A stretch of 64,000 bases of DNA from an uncultured bacterium (GCA_964345035.1 CAYFPO010000002.1:16483-80482); one strand, 5' to 3'. Shown: positions 38,021-48,206, counted from the first letter of the stretch. Numbers and translations are program-made. The notes: generated from the letters alone by a model not told the origin.

Positions 38021-38763
38021 AATTACTGGGTTCAAAAATTCATATCTGTACCAGACAGGAATTGATTCAAAAAGCAGAATCGGCTTTAAATCAGAGAGAT
38101 AAATCCTATCATTTTTTTTCATTGAATCCTATTAAAGTAATCCAATCACAAAAAAATAAATCACTCAGGAAATTTATAGATGACGCAGATGTAGTATATG
38201 CAGATGCAGTTGGAATTTGCGTAGGGGTTAAACTCATTCACAATATAAAACAGGATAGAATTCCTGGCTATGAATTCCATTTTGATGTATTAAAAATTTG
38301 CGAGAATTCACAGTTAAAGGTGTATATTATCGGGAGTAGACAACGAGTCCTCGAGAAAGCAATAAAGATGTATAGAATTAAATATCCAAATTTAAACTTA
38401 GTAGGATATCAAAATGGATATTTTGATGATGAGAAATTTATTAGTAAAATACATCCTGAAATACAGGCAAAATCACCGCATTTGGTGTTGGTTGCTATGG
38501 GAGCCGGTTTACAGGAAAAGTGGATAGAAAAGATTCGAGGTGAAATACAAGTACCACTGTTAATGGGGGTAGGTGGCAGTATGGATGCTTTTACCGGTGT
38601 TTCACCAAGAGCACCAATTTGGTTGTGTAAATTGGGACTTGAATGGTTTTACAGGTTAGTTATGCAGCCAAAAAGAATTAATGCAATGAGACCATTGCCG
38701 GTATTCTTTTATCAGATATTGAAAGAATATATTACATTAAAATTATTCAGGAGATTACATTGA
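37963..38763 (+). CDS. WecG/TagA/CpsF-family glycosyltransferase (GT26)
   Basis: LVLVAMGAGLQEKWI, GVGGSMDAFTG and LEWFYRLVMQPKR are family signatures. The start is uncertain (TTG 37963 or ATG 37975), and either overlaps the upstream gene. Confidence 0.82.
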   Translation: MVSGMGILWFYGVTDLQELKLLGSKIHICTRQELIQKAESALNQRDKSYHFFSLNPIKVIQSQKNKSLRKFIDDADVVYADAVGICVGVKLIHNIKQDRIPGYEFHFDVLKICENSQLKVYIIGSRQRVLEKAIKMYRIKYPNLNLVGYQNGYFDDEKFISKIHPEIQAKSPHLVLVAMGAGLQEKWIEKIRGEIQVPLLMGVGGSMDAFTGVSPRAPIWLCKLGLEWFYRLVMQPKRINAMRPLPVFFYQILKEYITLKLFRRLH

Positions 38764-40478
38764 TCACACTTGGGATACATGATGGACACACTGCTACTTC
38801 GGCAATTGCAAAAGACGGGAAAATACTCGCGTGCATTTCTGAAGAAAGAATTATCCGCGAAAAAGAATGGGGAGGTTTTCCTGTTGAATCTATTAAAAGG
38901 TGTCTTGAAATTACAAACATTAAACCGGGTGATATAGAAGGTGTTGGCATGGTCGGGCTTGGAGAGCCAACAATTCATAATTCTTATGGAACCCCAAATA
39001 TTTATAAAAAGATATTTTATTTTGCCACATACATATTACCAAATTCATTTCTTAGGTCTGATATCTGGGTAAAACCAGCCCAATGGATCATGCACAAATC
39101 CAGAAAGAAAGATAAGCATAAAACCATCCTGAAAACTCTTGGTATAAATGCACCGATTAAATATTATGAACACCATTTTCTCCATGCAGCAACTGCACAT
39201 CTTCAATGTCCCTGGGGGAAGGAAGAAAATTTGGTAATCACTAATGACGGGTCGGGTGATGCAGTTGCTGCTACTGTTAATATTGGCCGGGGAAATAAAT
39301 TAAAACGTTTAAAAACAATCAGTAATTATAACTCCATGGGTGAATTTTATACCCGAATAACACAATTTCTAGGGATGAAACCAATGTCCCACGAATACAA
39401 AGTGATGGGTATGGCACCCTATGCAAAGGAGGAGTACGGTAGTAAATCCTACTCAATCATAAAAAATTGGTTTAAGGTATCGAAGAATAATCCACTGAGT
39501 TTTGAAAATTCCAGTGGATTCTGGCGATGGAGGTATCTAAACGGTTTTAATACCCTATTCAGGACCAAACACAGATTTGATAATATATCCTGGGCTGCAC
39601 AAAATCTTATTGAAGTAGTACAGACACAGTGGATCAAAAATATCATTAGAGAAACCGGTATTAAAAATGTTGTGCTTTCGGGAGGTGTATTCCTGAATGT
39701 AAAAGCCAATCATAAATTTCTCGAAATGGATGAGATCGATAATTTATTTATTTTTCCAAGCGGTGGGGATGAATCTCTGCCAATGGGTGCTGCCTTACAA
39801 TTGCAGGTCGAGAATGGACAAACCCATACTGAACCGCTGGGTGCTATCTATTTTGGAGATGAATTTACCGATGATCAAATTGAAATCACATTATCTAATT
39901 GCAATGGACAGATCAAATATACAAAACATGATGATATTCATTCGTATGTTGGTAAAAAGTTAAATGATGGGGATATTATTTCACGTTTTTATGGTAGAAT
40001 GGAGTGGGGCGCACGGGCATTAGGAAATAGAAGCATTATTGCAGACGGCAGAAAACCCAATGTCATAAAACGGATAAATGAAGCAATAAAAAACAGAGAC
40101 TTCTGGATGCCGTTTGCACCTTCTGTCCTTTTTGAAAGAATAAATGAATATTTTGAAAACCCAAAAGACTTTTTTGGTCCTTATATGGTAATGGCATTTC
40201 CATCTAGACAAATTGCTAAGGAACATATAAAAGGAGCACTACACCCATACGATTTAACCGGCAGACCGCAAATGGTGAAGGAAGAGTGGAATCCTGAATA
40301 TTATAAGGTTTTAAAGTCATTTGAAATTGAATCGGGAGGTGTAGGTGGTGTATTAAATACATCATTTAATATTCATGGAGAAGCCATTGTGAGGACACCT
40401 GAAGACGCGGTGGAGACATTTTTAAATTCAGGATTAGATGCGTTAGCAATCGGATCTTTTTATGTTACTAAACCATAA
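38760..40478 (+). CDS. Carbamoyltransferase (NodU/CmcH family)
   Basis: MITLGIHDGHTATSAIAKDGKILACISEERIIREK, HHFLHAATA and LNTSFNIHGEAIV are NodU/CmcH hallmarks. 572 aa. Confidence 0.88.
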   Translation: MITLGIHDGHTATSAIAKDGKILACISEERIIREKEWGGFPVESIKRCLEITNIKPGDIEGVGMVGLGEPTIHNSYGTPNIYKKIFYFATYILPNSFLRSDIWVKPAQWIMHKSRKKDKHKTILKTLGINAPIKYYEHHFLHAATAHLQCPWGKEENLVITNDGSGDAVAATVNIGRGNKLKRLKTISNYNSMGEFYTRITQFLGMKPMSHEYKVMGMAPYAKEEYGSKSYSIIKNWFKVSKNNPLSFENSSGFWRWRYLNGFNTLFRTKHRFDNISWAAQNLIEVVQTQWIKNIIRETGIKNVVLSGGVFLNVKANHKFLEMDEIDNLFIFPSGGDESLPMGAALQLQVENGQTHTEPLGAIYFGDEFTDDQIEITLSNCNGQIKYTKHDDIHSYVGKKLNDGDIISRFYGRMEWGARALGNRSIIADGRKPNVIKRINEAIKNRDFWMPFAPSVLFERINEYFENPKDFFGPYMVMAFPSRQIAKEHIKGALHPYDLTGRPQMVKEEWNPEYYKVLKSFEIESGGVGGVLNTSFNIHGEAIVRTPEDAVETFLNSGLDALAIGSFYVTKP

Positions 40479-41574
40479 TTTTATTTTTTTAACAATTAGT
40501 TTTTTTCTCGCGTTTTCCTCCACTTATTTAATCCTGCCGTTTCTTATTAAAAAATCCAAATCCTGGGGAATGATAGATAACCCCGGAAGACGAAAAGTTC
40601 ACAGCCAATCAATTCCATCAGTGGGTGGAATCGGGATTATATTTTCATCAGTTACAGTTTTAGTATATTTTTATTTTAGTAACGGATTATTTACTGAAAT
40701 ATCACCAAGGATTATTTCAATCATTATGGGAACAATCATCATCATCCTGACCGGAATTATTGATGATATACGTGGATTATCCGCATTTAATAAATTTCTC
40801 TTTCAAGTATTGGCATCCATGATAGTGGTTGTTGGAGGTACCACATTTTTTAACATAGATATCGGTTGGGTTGGGAAATATAGTTTTACATCAGTTGAAT
40901 ACATTTTATCTATTATATATATAGTAGGAATTACGAATGCGATCAATTTAATTGATGGATTAGATGGATTAGCAGGTGGTGTGGCAGTAATAATAACTGG
41001 TGCTTTTGTAGGTCTCAGTATACTATCTGGAGCTGAACAAGGATTACTGCTGATTTTTATACCGTTAATGGGATCACTTATAGGATTTTTGTTTTATAAT
41101 AAAGAACCTGCACGAGTATTTCTGGGGGATACAGGCAGTCTTTTTATTGGCTGGACTTTCGGAATCACATCAATAGTTTTTGCACAAAAAACAACACTTA
41201 CTTTGTCAATAGCAATCCCATTTATCGTTTTGGGATTACCAGCATTTGATGTTTTGTTGGTTATGGTAAAGCGGTTTATACAAAAACATGATTACAGTTT
41301 GAAACAAAGATGGATTGAAATGTTCAATCCCGATAAAAATCATATCCACCATTTATTGGTATCTTCAGGTTTGTCGAAAAAAGTATCAGTGTATGTGGTT
41401 TATTTTTTAACACTCATAACTGCAATTATTGGTATAACATCCTGGATATTCAGGGATAAAACTAATTACCTTTACAACTTGATTGGAGTATTTTTTCTGA
41501 TATTTATCATTAGATTTATTATTGAATGGAGGATACACCGAAAGAAGACGATTACAAGGACAAGTGAAAGTTAG
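40462..41574 (+). CDS. wecA: Undecaprenyl-phosphate HexNAc-1-phosphate transferase (WecA/MraY family initiating enzyme)
   Basis: Polytopic protein with IIDDIRGL, NAINLIDGLDGLAGG and FLGDTGSLFIGW. Confidence 0.88.
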   Translation: MLLNHNFIFLTISFFLAFSSTYLILPFLIKKSKSWGMIDNPGRRKVHSQSIPSVGGIGIIFSSVTVLVYFYFSNGLFTEISPRIISIIMGTIIIILTGIIDDIRGLSAFNKFLFQVLASMIVVVGGTTFFNIDIGWVGKYSFTSVEYILSIIYIVGITNAINLIDGLDGLAGGVAVIITGAFVGLSILSGAEQGLLLIFIPLMGSLIGFLFYNKEPARVFLGDTGSLFIGWTFGITSIVFAQKTTLTLSIAIPFIVLGLPAFDVLLVMVKRFIQKHDYSLKQRWIEMFNPDKNHIHHLLVSSGLSKKVSVYVVYFLTLITAIIGITSWIFRDKTNYLYNLIGVFFLIFIIRFIIEWRIHRKKTITRTSES

Positions 41575-42778
41575 ATATTTAGCTTTAAGTGTAATTCTTA
41601 ATTACGCTTTCAGTGCAGTAACAATAAGTCCGGAAATTTCTTTATCCACATTTTCAATTCCATTACAGATACAACTTGATGTACATAATTTTACAATTCA
41701 ACATCAAAACAATTTTTATCATTTAGACCATCCCCTTGATAGATACTTGTGGTCAAATAACAGCCGAAATGATATAACAGCTATTACAGAATACAGCTTT
41801 ATTCAGGGATCATGGATAAATTCCCAAATTGAATTTTCGTTAGGTAGAAAATATTTACAATCAGGACCCGGAAAATTTAACGGTGTTTTCTTGTCTCCCG
41901 TATCTCCTTCCGTAGATAATATTCAAATTAAGTGTAAATCACCCAATTCTACCTGGAAATTTGAATATACACTTATTAAACTGGATAACCGAATTAGTAA
42001 TTGGGATAATTCAGATCACTATATCAACAGATGGTTTTATCACCGCCGAATAAATTTTAGATTTAGTGATAATTTTAATTTCAGCCTGATAGATGCGGTG
42101 ATGTCAACAGGTGAAAACCGCGGAATAGAATGGTATTATTTCACGCCATTTGCTGTGTTTCAGGCAGAACAGCTTCACGAAATCTCCAGGACTGACGGTA
42201 TCACCGGATCCGGAAATAATGATAATGGAATGCTTGGGTTTGATTGGGAATATACAATCAAACCGGAATTAACTATTTATAATGAATTGCTGATTGATGA
42301 CTTCCAAATTGATTCGGAGGATAGAGATTCAATGCAGACTGTGTTTGGTATTGTATTAGGTTGTAATTATCAATTTAATAAATTGGAAGTTAATTTTGAA
42401 TATTCCTACGCAAGCCCCTGGATGTATTTAAATAGAGGAATTTTCACTTCCCCTGAAAGGTATTCCCTCCCATTGGGATTAAGGTATCCACATTCACAGA
42501 GTATTGACTTGGGACTATATTATTCAATAAAAACAGGAGAGAATCTTTACCTTGAACTCAGATTCGAACAGAGTGGAAATCAAACCATCGAAACGGAATG
42601 GGATGCATGGCAGAATAAAATTGGGTATTTCAATTTTACGGACCATCCGCCAATAGCTTTTAATATAGGATATAACAATGAAAATGGAAATTGGATAAAT
42701 ACGATCCAATTCAAAAAGAATTGGTTAGCCCAGGATGGTTATTATTTTTTGGTAGGCAAAAAGGTGAATATTTTTTAA
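41564..42778 (+). CDS. Outer-membrane beta-barrel protein, capsule-assembly Wzi-like
   Basis: The GTG at 41564 gives a signal-peptide-like MKVRYLALSVILNYAFSA. LGRKYLQSGPGKFNGVFLSPVSPSVDNIQI resembles the Wzi family, and the sequence has an alternating beta-strand pattern throughout. Confidence 0.5.
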   Translation: MKVRYLALSVILNYAFSAVTISPEISLSTFSIPLQIQLDVHNFTIQHQNNFYHLDHPLDRYLWSNNSRNDITAITEYSFIQGSWINSQIEFSLGRKYLQSGPGKFNGVFLSPVSPSVDNIQIKCKSPNSTWKFEYTLIKLDNRISNWDNSDHYINRWFYHRRINFRFSDNFNFSLIDAVMSTGENRGIEWYYFTPFAVFQAEQLHEISRTDGITGSGNNDNGMLGFDWEYTIKPELTIYNELLIDDFQIDSEDRDSMQTVFGIVLGCNYQFNKLEVNFEYSYASPWMYLNRGIFTSPERYSLPLGLRYPHSQSIDLGLYYSIKTGENLYLELRFEQSGNQTIETEWDAWQNKIGYFNFTDHPPIAFNIGYNNENGNWINTIQFKKNWLAQDGYYFLVGKKVNIF

Positions 42779-43500
42779 CCGCCCAGACTGTAACCGATAT
42801 TTACACCAAAACCAATAAGGTCTGATGTTCCGGCATCCTGTCCAGGGTACCCCAGTGATTCCATTGCTCTGAATTTGAGTGCAATGGAAACAGGATCCAT
42901 CTTAATCGGAACCTTGTATGAAGCATCAACAATTACAGACATAGATGTCTTCGAGTCTTCACCAATTGATGCAGGTGACAATCCAACACCGGCAACAACA
43001 TCAAATACAATTATTTTAGTAGTCATTGTACCCATTATATTGGTTATTGAATAGCCGTCTCCACTGGTTTCTATTGCACTTAAATTGATAAACGAAATTT
43101 CACCACCAAATATCAATTCAAATGGACCTAAATACATACCGATGGGTGTATTAATAGTCAGCCCAAAATTCATTCCCGAATTGAAACGGTCTGTTGTGTT
43201 TTGACCGAACGGTAAAGTTGAACCTACAGCCAGCCCGATACCAAAACTTCGTGGGGTACCTTCCTCATATACACCTTCTTCTTCCTCTAATTCAAATTCT
43301 TCCAGCAGTTCATCGAATTCACCTTCATCAAATTCCAATTCATCGATTCCTTCAATGTCAATATCTTCTATGTCAAATTCTTCATCTTCAAATTCAAATT
43401 GATCATCATCTTCATCCTGGGCAATCACAATGGTCAACAAAGAGAACATAAGTATAAAAGCGGTGCGTAAAATTCTGTTTATGTGTAGATTAATCATCAT
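42775..43500 (-). CDS. Secreted acidic-repeat protein with C-terminal small beta-barrel (OMP-like) domain
   Basis: A signal peptide (ILMFSLLTIVIAQ) is followed by about 50 residues of almost only D/E with F/I/L (DEDDDQFEFEDEEFDIEDIDIEGIDELEFDEGEFDELLEEFELEEEEG). A Gly-rich amphipathic strand region then ends in GFGVNIGYSLGG. Confidence 0.6.
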   Translation of the reverse strand: MMINLHINRILRTAFILMFSLLTIVIAQDEDDDQFEFEDEEFDIEDIDIEGIDELEFDEGEFDELLEEFELEEEEGVYEEGTPRSFGIGLAVGSTLPFGQNTTDRFNSGMNFGLTINTPIGMYLGPFELIFGGEISFINLSAIETSGDGYSITNIMGTMTTKIIVFDVVAGVGLSPASIGEDSKTSMSVIVDASYKVPIKMDPVSIALKFRAMESLGYPGQDAGTSDLIGFGVNIGYSLGG

Positions 43501-43649
43501 AACTTTCCCTTCTTAATATTTAGTAATTTTCTTAAACTTTATAACAATTAGACAAATATCCATACAAATATTAAATATTCCCTCGGATATGTATCAACAA
43601 CTATTTAAAAAATTGAATTTTAATAAAATCGGTAATTTAAATTAATTTA

Positions 43650-44579
43650 ATGACGGATTCCCCCCAAATTTCCATACTGCTTGGCGGGATTTCTTCTGAA
43701 AGAGAAGTGTCCATGGAAAGCGGGTTGGCAGTTTTTGCTGCGTTGGAAAAATCCCACAAAGTGCGATTGGTGTATTTAAATGAAGACCTGAAGGAGATTC
43801 TGGATGAATTAGCTTTATCCGATACTGTATTCAATGCTCTCCATGGCGGTGCTGGTGAAAATGGTGATATTCAATCTGTATTTGACCTGTTGAAAATCAA
43901 ATATACGGGATCTGGTCCAATGGCGTGTAAACTTGCCATGTCCAAACACCAGACTAAATTGATCGCAGTTGACAATAATATTCCGACACCGGACTGGATC
44001 TTGTTAAAATTCACTGATAACAAAAAAGTTGAAAAGATACATATTCCGGAAAATAAACTACAATTTCCTTTGGTTGTAAAACCGGATAATGAAGGATCTA
44101 CAATTGGGTTGACTGTTGTAGAAAACCAATCAATGGTGGATCAATCTATTCTATTAGCAGGGGAGTTTTCAGATGAAATAGTTGTGGAAGACTATATACC
44201 GGGGAGAGAAATTACGGTAGCTGTTCTTGGGGATAAAGCACTCCCAATTGTAGAAATTTTCCCCGAAAGTAGTGTATATGATTATAAATCCAAATATACT
44301 GCAGGGAAAAGTGAATATGTTTGCCCTGCGGACATTTCAACAAAATTAACCAAGAAGATTCAGGATGATGCTGTAAAAATCCACAAACTTTTGGGCTGCA
44401 GACATTACAGTAGAGTGGATTTCAGACTTGATGAAAATGGGAATCATTTTCTTCTGGAATTAAACACATTGCCCGGGATGACATCTACAAGCTTGGTGCC
44501 AAAAGCAGCCAAAGCAGCAGGATTGTCCTTTGAGGAATTAATCCAAACAATATTACAAACAGCAATGGAAAATAAATGA
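43650..44579 (+). CDS. ddl: D-alanine--D-alanine ligase
   Basis: ISILLGGISSEREVSMESG, VVKPDNEGSTIG and LELNTLPGMT form the ATP-grasp Ddl pattern. Confidence 0.93.
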   Translation: MTDSPQISILLGGISSEREVSMESGLAVFAALEKSHKVRLVYLNEDLKEILDELALSDTVFNALHGGAGENGDIQSVFDLLKIKYTGSGPMACKLAMSKHQTKLIAVDNNIPTPDWILLKFTDNKKVEKIHIPENKLQFPLVVKPDNEGSTIGLTVVENQSMVDQSILLAGEFSDEIVVEDYIPGREITVAVLGDKALPIVEIFPESSVYDYKSKYTAGKSEYVCPADISTKLTKKIQDDAVKIHKLLGCRHYSRVDFRLDENGNHFLLELNTLPGMTSTSLVPKAAKAAGLSFEELIQTILQTAMENK

Positions 44580-45970
44580 TAAAGTTCTATAACACATATT
44601 CCAGGAAAAAAGAGGATTTTACACCAAATATTGATGGTGAAGTTAAATTATATACCTGTGGCCCCACAGTCTACAATCATGCCCATATCGGGAATTTTCG
44701 GGCATATATGTTCGAAGATTTATTGAGGAGATTCCTGGAAAGCAAAGGATTCAATGTAACGCATATAATGAATATAACAGATATTGATGATAAAACCATT
44801 CGAAGATCTATTGAAGAGAAAATTCCATTTAAAGAATTTACCGAAGAATATACCAATGCATTTTTTACTGATGTGAAAACTTTGAATATCCTGCCTGCCA
44901 GCAAATATCCAAAAGCAACAGATACAATCCCTCAAATGATAGATATGGTTCAAACATTAGTTGAACGAGAAACAGCATATCAAACACAGGATGGATCAGT
45001 ATTTTTCAGCATTGCAAAATTTCCGGAATATGGAAAATTAGCAAATCTAAAACCTGAACAGATGCTAATTGGCGACAGGGTTGAAAATGACGAATATGAT
45101 AAAGGAGAGGTCAGAGATTTTTGTCTCTGGAAAGCAAGAAAGCCGGAAGATGGCGATGTGTATTGGGATTCACCATGGGGAGAAGGGAGGCCCGGTTGGC
45201 ATTTGGAGTGCTCAGCTATATCTTCTCATTATCTTGGGAATCATTTTGATATTCACTGCGGGGGAGTAGATAATATTTTCCCTCACCATGAAAATGAAAT
45301 AGCCCAGAGTTGTGCAGCCACTGGAGAACCGTTTGTAAATTACTGGCTGCATAACGAACACCTCCTTGTAGAAAATAAAAAAATGAGTAAATCACTTGGA
45401 AATTTTTATACACTTAGAGATCTTCTTGATATGAATTTAAATCCAATGGCTATACGATATACCTTATTGGCAACTCATTACCGGCAAAAATTAAATTTTT
45501 CAATTGATAAGGTTCATGCTTCACAGAAAAGTATTAACCGGTTATTGGAGCTTAAACGCAGGTTTAAAAAATTAATTACAAATGAGGCAATTATTGAGCA
45601 CTCTGACTTAGACTTACCTATCTTGAATAATTTTTTGGAATGTCTTGGAAATGATTTAAATATTGCTTCTGCATTAGGCTGTTTATACTCTTGGGTGGGA
45701 GATATGTTTAATGAGCTGGATAAAAACAATATTTCAGAAAAAGAAGCAGTTATTGGCATCAATACATTGAAAGAAGTAGATAAAATACTGGGGGTGATGG
45801 AAGAAAATTCCAATAAAATTCCAGCCGATATTTCTGCATTGGTATTAGAACGGGAAGATGCAAGAGAATCAAAAAATTGGAACAGAGCAGATGAAATCCG
45901 AGATGAATTAGGTAGTCTGGGATATATCATAGAAGACACAATAGACGGAGCTATTTTAAAAAAGAAATAA
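44576..45970 (+). CDS. cysS: Cysteine--tRNA ligase
   Basis: Class I HIGN motif (VYNHAHIGNFR), KMSKS motif and the WHLECS zinc site. 464 aa. Confidence 0.96.
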   Translation: MIKFYNTYSRKKEDFTPNIDGEVKLYTCGPTVYNHAHIGNFRAYMFEDLLRRFLESKGFNVTHIMNITDIDDKTIRRSIEEKIPFKEFTEEYTNAFFTDVKTLNILPASKYPKATDTIPQMIDMVQTLVERETAYQTQDGSVFFSIAKFPEYGKLANLKPEQMLIGDRVENDEYDKGEVRDFCLWKARKPEDGDVYWDSPWGEGRPGWHLECSAISSHYLGNHFDIHCGGVDNIFPHHENEIAQSCAATGEPFVNYWLHNEHLLVENKKMSKSLGNFYTLRDLLDMNLNPMAIRYTLLATHYRQKLNFSIDKVHASQKSINRLLELKRRFKKLITNEAIIEHSDLDLPILNNFLECLGNDLNIASALGCLYSWVGDMFNELDKNNISEKEAVIGINTLKEVDKILGVMEENSNKIPADISALVLEREDARESKNWNRADEIRDELGSLGYIIEDTIDGAILKKK

Positions 45971-46130
45971 ATATTCAATCCAAGCCGACTGATTAACATT
46001 TACGATTTAGCTTATAAATTATTTTAATAAATAATAAAAAATATCACTTTTCGTTATTGTGTGTTAATTATTTTCTATGATAAATTAGAAGGCTATACTT
46101 TAGCGCAATTTTATCCATTTATCCAGTTGA

Positions 46131-46204
46131 GCCATTGTAGCTCAGTTGGCCAGAGCAGCTGATTTGTAATCAGCGGGTCGGGGGTTCGAATCCCTCCAAT
46201 GGCT
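46131..46204 (+). tRNA. tRNA-Thr (anticodon TGT)
   Basis: Hand-folded 74-nt cloverleaf: acceptor GCCATTG/CAATGGC, anticodon stem GCTGA/TCAGC with loop TTTGTAA, T-loop TTCGAAT. Confidence 0.9.
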
Positions 46205-46221
46205 CTGTTTTTTTATTTGTG

Positions 46222-46305
46222 GGGTCGGTGGCCGAGCGGTCAATGGCAGCAGACTGTAAATCTGCCGGCGGAATGCCTACGGTGGTTCGAATCCATCCCG
46301 GCCCA
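46222..46305 (+). tRNA. tRNA-Tyr (anticodon GTA)
   Basis: 84 nt with a long variable arm: acceptor GGGTCGG/CCGGCCC, anticodon stem GCAGA/TCTGC with loop CTGTAAA, T-loop TTCGAAT. Confidence 0.88.
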
Positions 46306-46311
46306 CTTTTG

Positions 46312-46384
46312 GCGGGAGTAGCTCAGTTGGTAGAGCATCAGCCTTCCAAGCTGAGGGTCGCGGGTTCGAGTCTCGTCTCCCGCT
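46312..46384 (+). tRNA. tRNA-Gly (anticodon TCC)
   Basis: 73 nt: acceptor GCGGGAG/CTCCCGC, anticodon stem TCAGC/GCTGA with loop CTTCCAA, T-loop TTCGAGT. Confidence 0.9.
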
Positions 46385-46389
46385 CTAAC

Positions 46390-46462
<73 letters not shown>

Positions 46463-46524
46463 CTACAATCGATTCAATTGGATAATGAATATTGTAATAA
46501 ATTAACAAATCGGAGGTAATGCTA

Positions 46525-47720
46525 GAAAATGTCTAAGGCAAAATTTGAGAGAACAAAGCCCCATGTGAATATCGGTACAATCGGACACGTGGATCATGGT
46601 AAGACAACACTGACAGCTGCAATAACAAAGTGTTTGTCCACCAAGGGTTTAAGTGAAATAACAGACTTTGATCAGATAGATAATGCCCCGGAAGAACGTG
46701 AGCGGGGGATTACCATAAATACAGCTCATGTGGAGTATGAGACAGAAAATCGTCACTACGCCCATGTAGATTGTCCTGGTCACGCAGATTATATCAAGAA
46801 TATGATCACGGGAGCAGCTCAGATGGATGGAGCTATTCTGGTAGTTGCGGCCACTGATGGTCCAATGCAGCAGACCCGCGAGCATTTACTGCTTGCCCGT
46901 CAGGTGAATGTGCCTGCGATAGTAATATTTATGAATAAAGTGGATCAGGTAGATGATCCGGAGCTGTTGGACTTGGTAGAGCTGGAGTTGAGAGAGCTGT
47001 TGGATCAGTATGAGTTTCCAGGAGATGATACTCCCATTATCCGCGGCAGTGCCTTGGATGCATTAAATTCAGATGGATCCGGCGACAATGCAAACTGTGT
47101 GTATGAGCTTATGGAAGCTGTGGATAGTTATATACCTGAGCCAGAGAGAGATATAGATAGATCCTTTTTGATGCCGGTGGAAGATGTATTTTCCATTACC
47201 GGTAGAGGAACGGTAGCCACTGGTCGTATTGAGTCCGGGATTGTGAAGGTTGGAGATAATGTTGAGTTGGTAGGCTTGGACAGTGATAAGAAGACAGTCT
47301 GTACAGGGGTAGAGATGTTTCGTAAGCTTCTTGATCAGGGTCAGGCTGGCGATAATGCAGGATTACTGCTGCGGGGAGTAGAGAAGGCAGAGATCAAGCG
47401 TGGTATGGTAATAGCGGCACCCGGTTCCATTACTCCTCATAAGAAATTCAAAGCAGAGGTATATGTATTGAAGAAGGAAGAAGGCGGCAGGCATACACCC
47501 TTTTTCTCAGGATACAGGCCTCAATTTTATTTCAGGACTACTGATGTAACCGGTCAGGCATTTTTACCTGATGGAGTAGAGATGGTGATGCCTGGTGACA
47601 ATGTAAATCTTGACATTGAACTAATCAGTCCGATAGCGATGGACAAGGAGTTGAGATTTGCTATCCGTGAGGGTGGTCATACTGTTGGTGCTGGTGTTGT
47701 TACAGAAATTACTGAGTAAG
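46525..47720 (+). repeat. Direct repeat copy 1 (tuf duplication, 1196 bp)
   Basis: By line-by-line reading it is identical to 61958-63153. Identity starts 4 nt before the ATG and ends 1 nt after the TAA. Confidence 0.9.
46529..47719 (+). CDS. tuf: Elongation factor Tu (copy 1)
   Basis: [18 protein letters not shown] and NKVD GTPase motifs. 396 aa. GGAGG Shine-Dalgarno upstream. Confidence 0.99.
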   Translation: MSKAKFERTKPHVNIGTIGHVDHGKTTLTAAITKCLSTKGLSEITDFDQIDNAPEERERGITINTAHVEYETENRHYAHVDCPGHADYIKNMITGAAQMDGAILVVAATDGPMQQTREHLLLARQVNVPAIVIFMNKVDQVDDPELLDLVELELRELLDQYEFPGDDTPIIRGSALDALNSDGSGDNANCVYELMEAVDSYIPEPERDIDRSFLMPVEDVFSITGRGTVATGRIESGIVKVGDNVELVGLDSDKKTVCTGVEMFRKLLDQGQAGDNAGLLLRGVEKAEIKRGMVIAAPGSITPHKKFKAEVYVLKKEEGGRHTPFFSGYRPQFYFRTTDVTGQAFLPDGVEMVMPGDNVNLDIELISPIAMDKELRFAIREGGHTVGAGVVTEITE

Positions 47721-47723
47721 TAA

Positions 47724-47888
47724 GTGGCAGGAAATAGTAAAAGAGATATAATAGCTCTTGCTTGTCAGGAGTGCAAACGAAAAAATTACTCAATTACTAA
47801 AAATAAACGTCTTCACCCTGAGAGAGTGGAGCATCGGAAGTATTGTCGTTGGTGTAATCAGCACACAGCACATAAAGAATCTAAATAA
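47724..47888 (+). CDS. rpmG: 50S ribosomal protein L33 (zinc-ribbon type)
   Basis: Not in the ORF track (54 codons). Hand translation from the GTG at 47724 gives [53 protein letters not shown]. The CxxC...CxxC pattern and the KNYxxxKNKR motif match L33. Confidence 0.85.
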   Translation: MAGNSKRDIIALACQECKRKNYSITKNKRLHPERVEHRKYCRWCNQHTAHKESK

Positions 47889-47898
47889 CTTTAAATAA

Positions 47899-47971
47899 AG
47901 GAGAGTAGTTCAATTGGTAGAGCACCGGCCTCCAAAGCCGGGAGTTGAGGGTTCGAGTCCTTCCTCTCCTG
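47899..47971 (+). tRNA. tRNA-Trp (anticodon CCA)
   Basis: 73 nt: acceptor AGGAGAG/CTCTCCT, anticodon stem CCGGC/GCCGG with loop CTCCAAA, T-loop TTCGAGT. Confidence 0.9.
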
Positions 47972-48014
47972 CTCGGTCGGATAAATTATTCCAATTGCTG
48001 TTAAGGATAACTCA

Positions 48015-48206
48015 TTGATACAGAAGATAAATAAATATTTTAATAGCATATTTCTGGAAATGAAAAAGGTTTCCTGGTTGTCCAAGGATGAGTTAGTTGG
48101 TTCAACTGTTGTAGTAGGCGTATTTGCAGTTTTAATCGGTATATTTCTGTTCTTTATAGATTTTGGCCTTAGTGAAATAGTTTCCAGGCTCCTTGGTGGA
48201 AAATAA
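48015..48206 (+). CDS. secE: Preprotein translocase subunit SecE
   Basis: 63 aa with EMKKVSWLSKDEL followed by a single TM helix. Canonical position before nusG. TTG start. Confidence 0.88.
   Translation: MIQKINKYFNSIFLEMKKVSWLSKDELVGSTVVVGVFAVLIGIFLFFIDFGLSEIVSRLLGGK

Noticed and set aside
43194-43451. 85-aa plus-strand ORF opposite the acidic-repeat gene
   Set aside because: It is the mirror-frame artefact of the GAA/GAT-rich repeat. The minus-strand ORF has a signal peptide and a coherent beta-barrel domain.
45514-45999. 161-aa minus-strand ORF inside cysS, and similar antisense ORFs inside rpoB, rpoC, fusA, the bi-domain oxidoreductase and others
   Set aside because: Each is fully embedded antisense in a confidently identified conserved gene and has no motif of its own.
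46054-46081. A sigma70-like promoter candidate upstream of the tRNA-tuf cluster (TTATTG, 16 nt, TATGAT)
   Set aside because: The match is only partial, and such hexamers arise easily by chance in this AT-rich spacer. It is not reported as a feature without transcript data.
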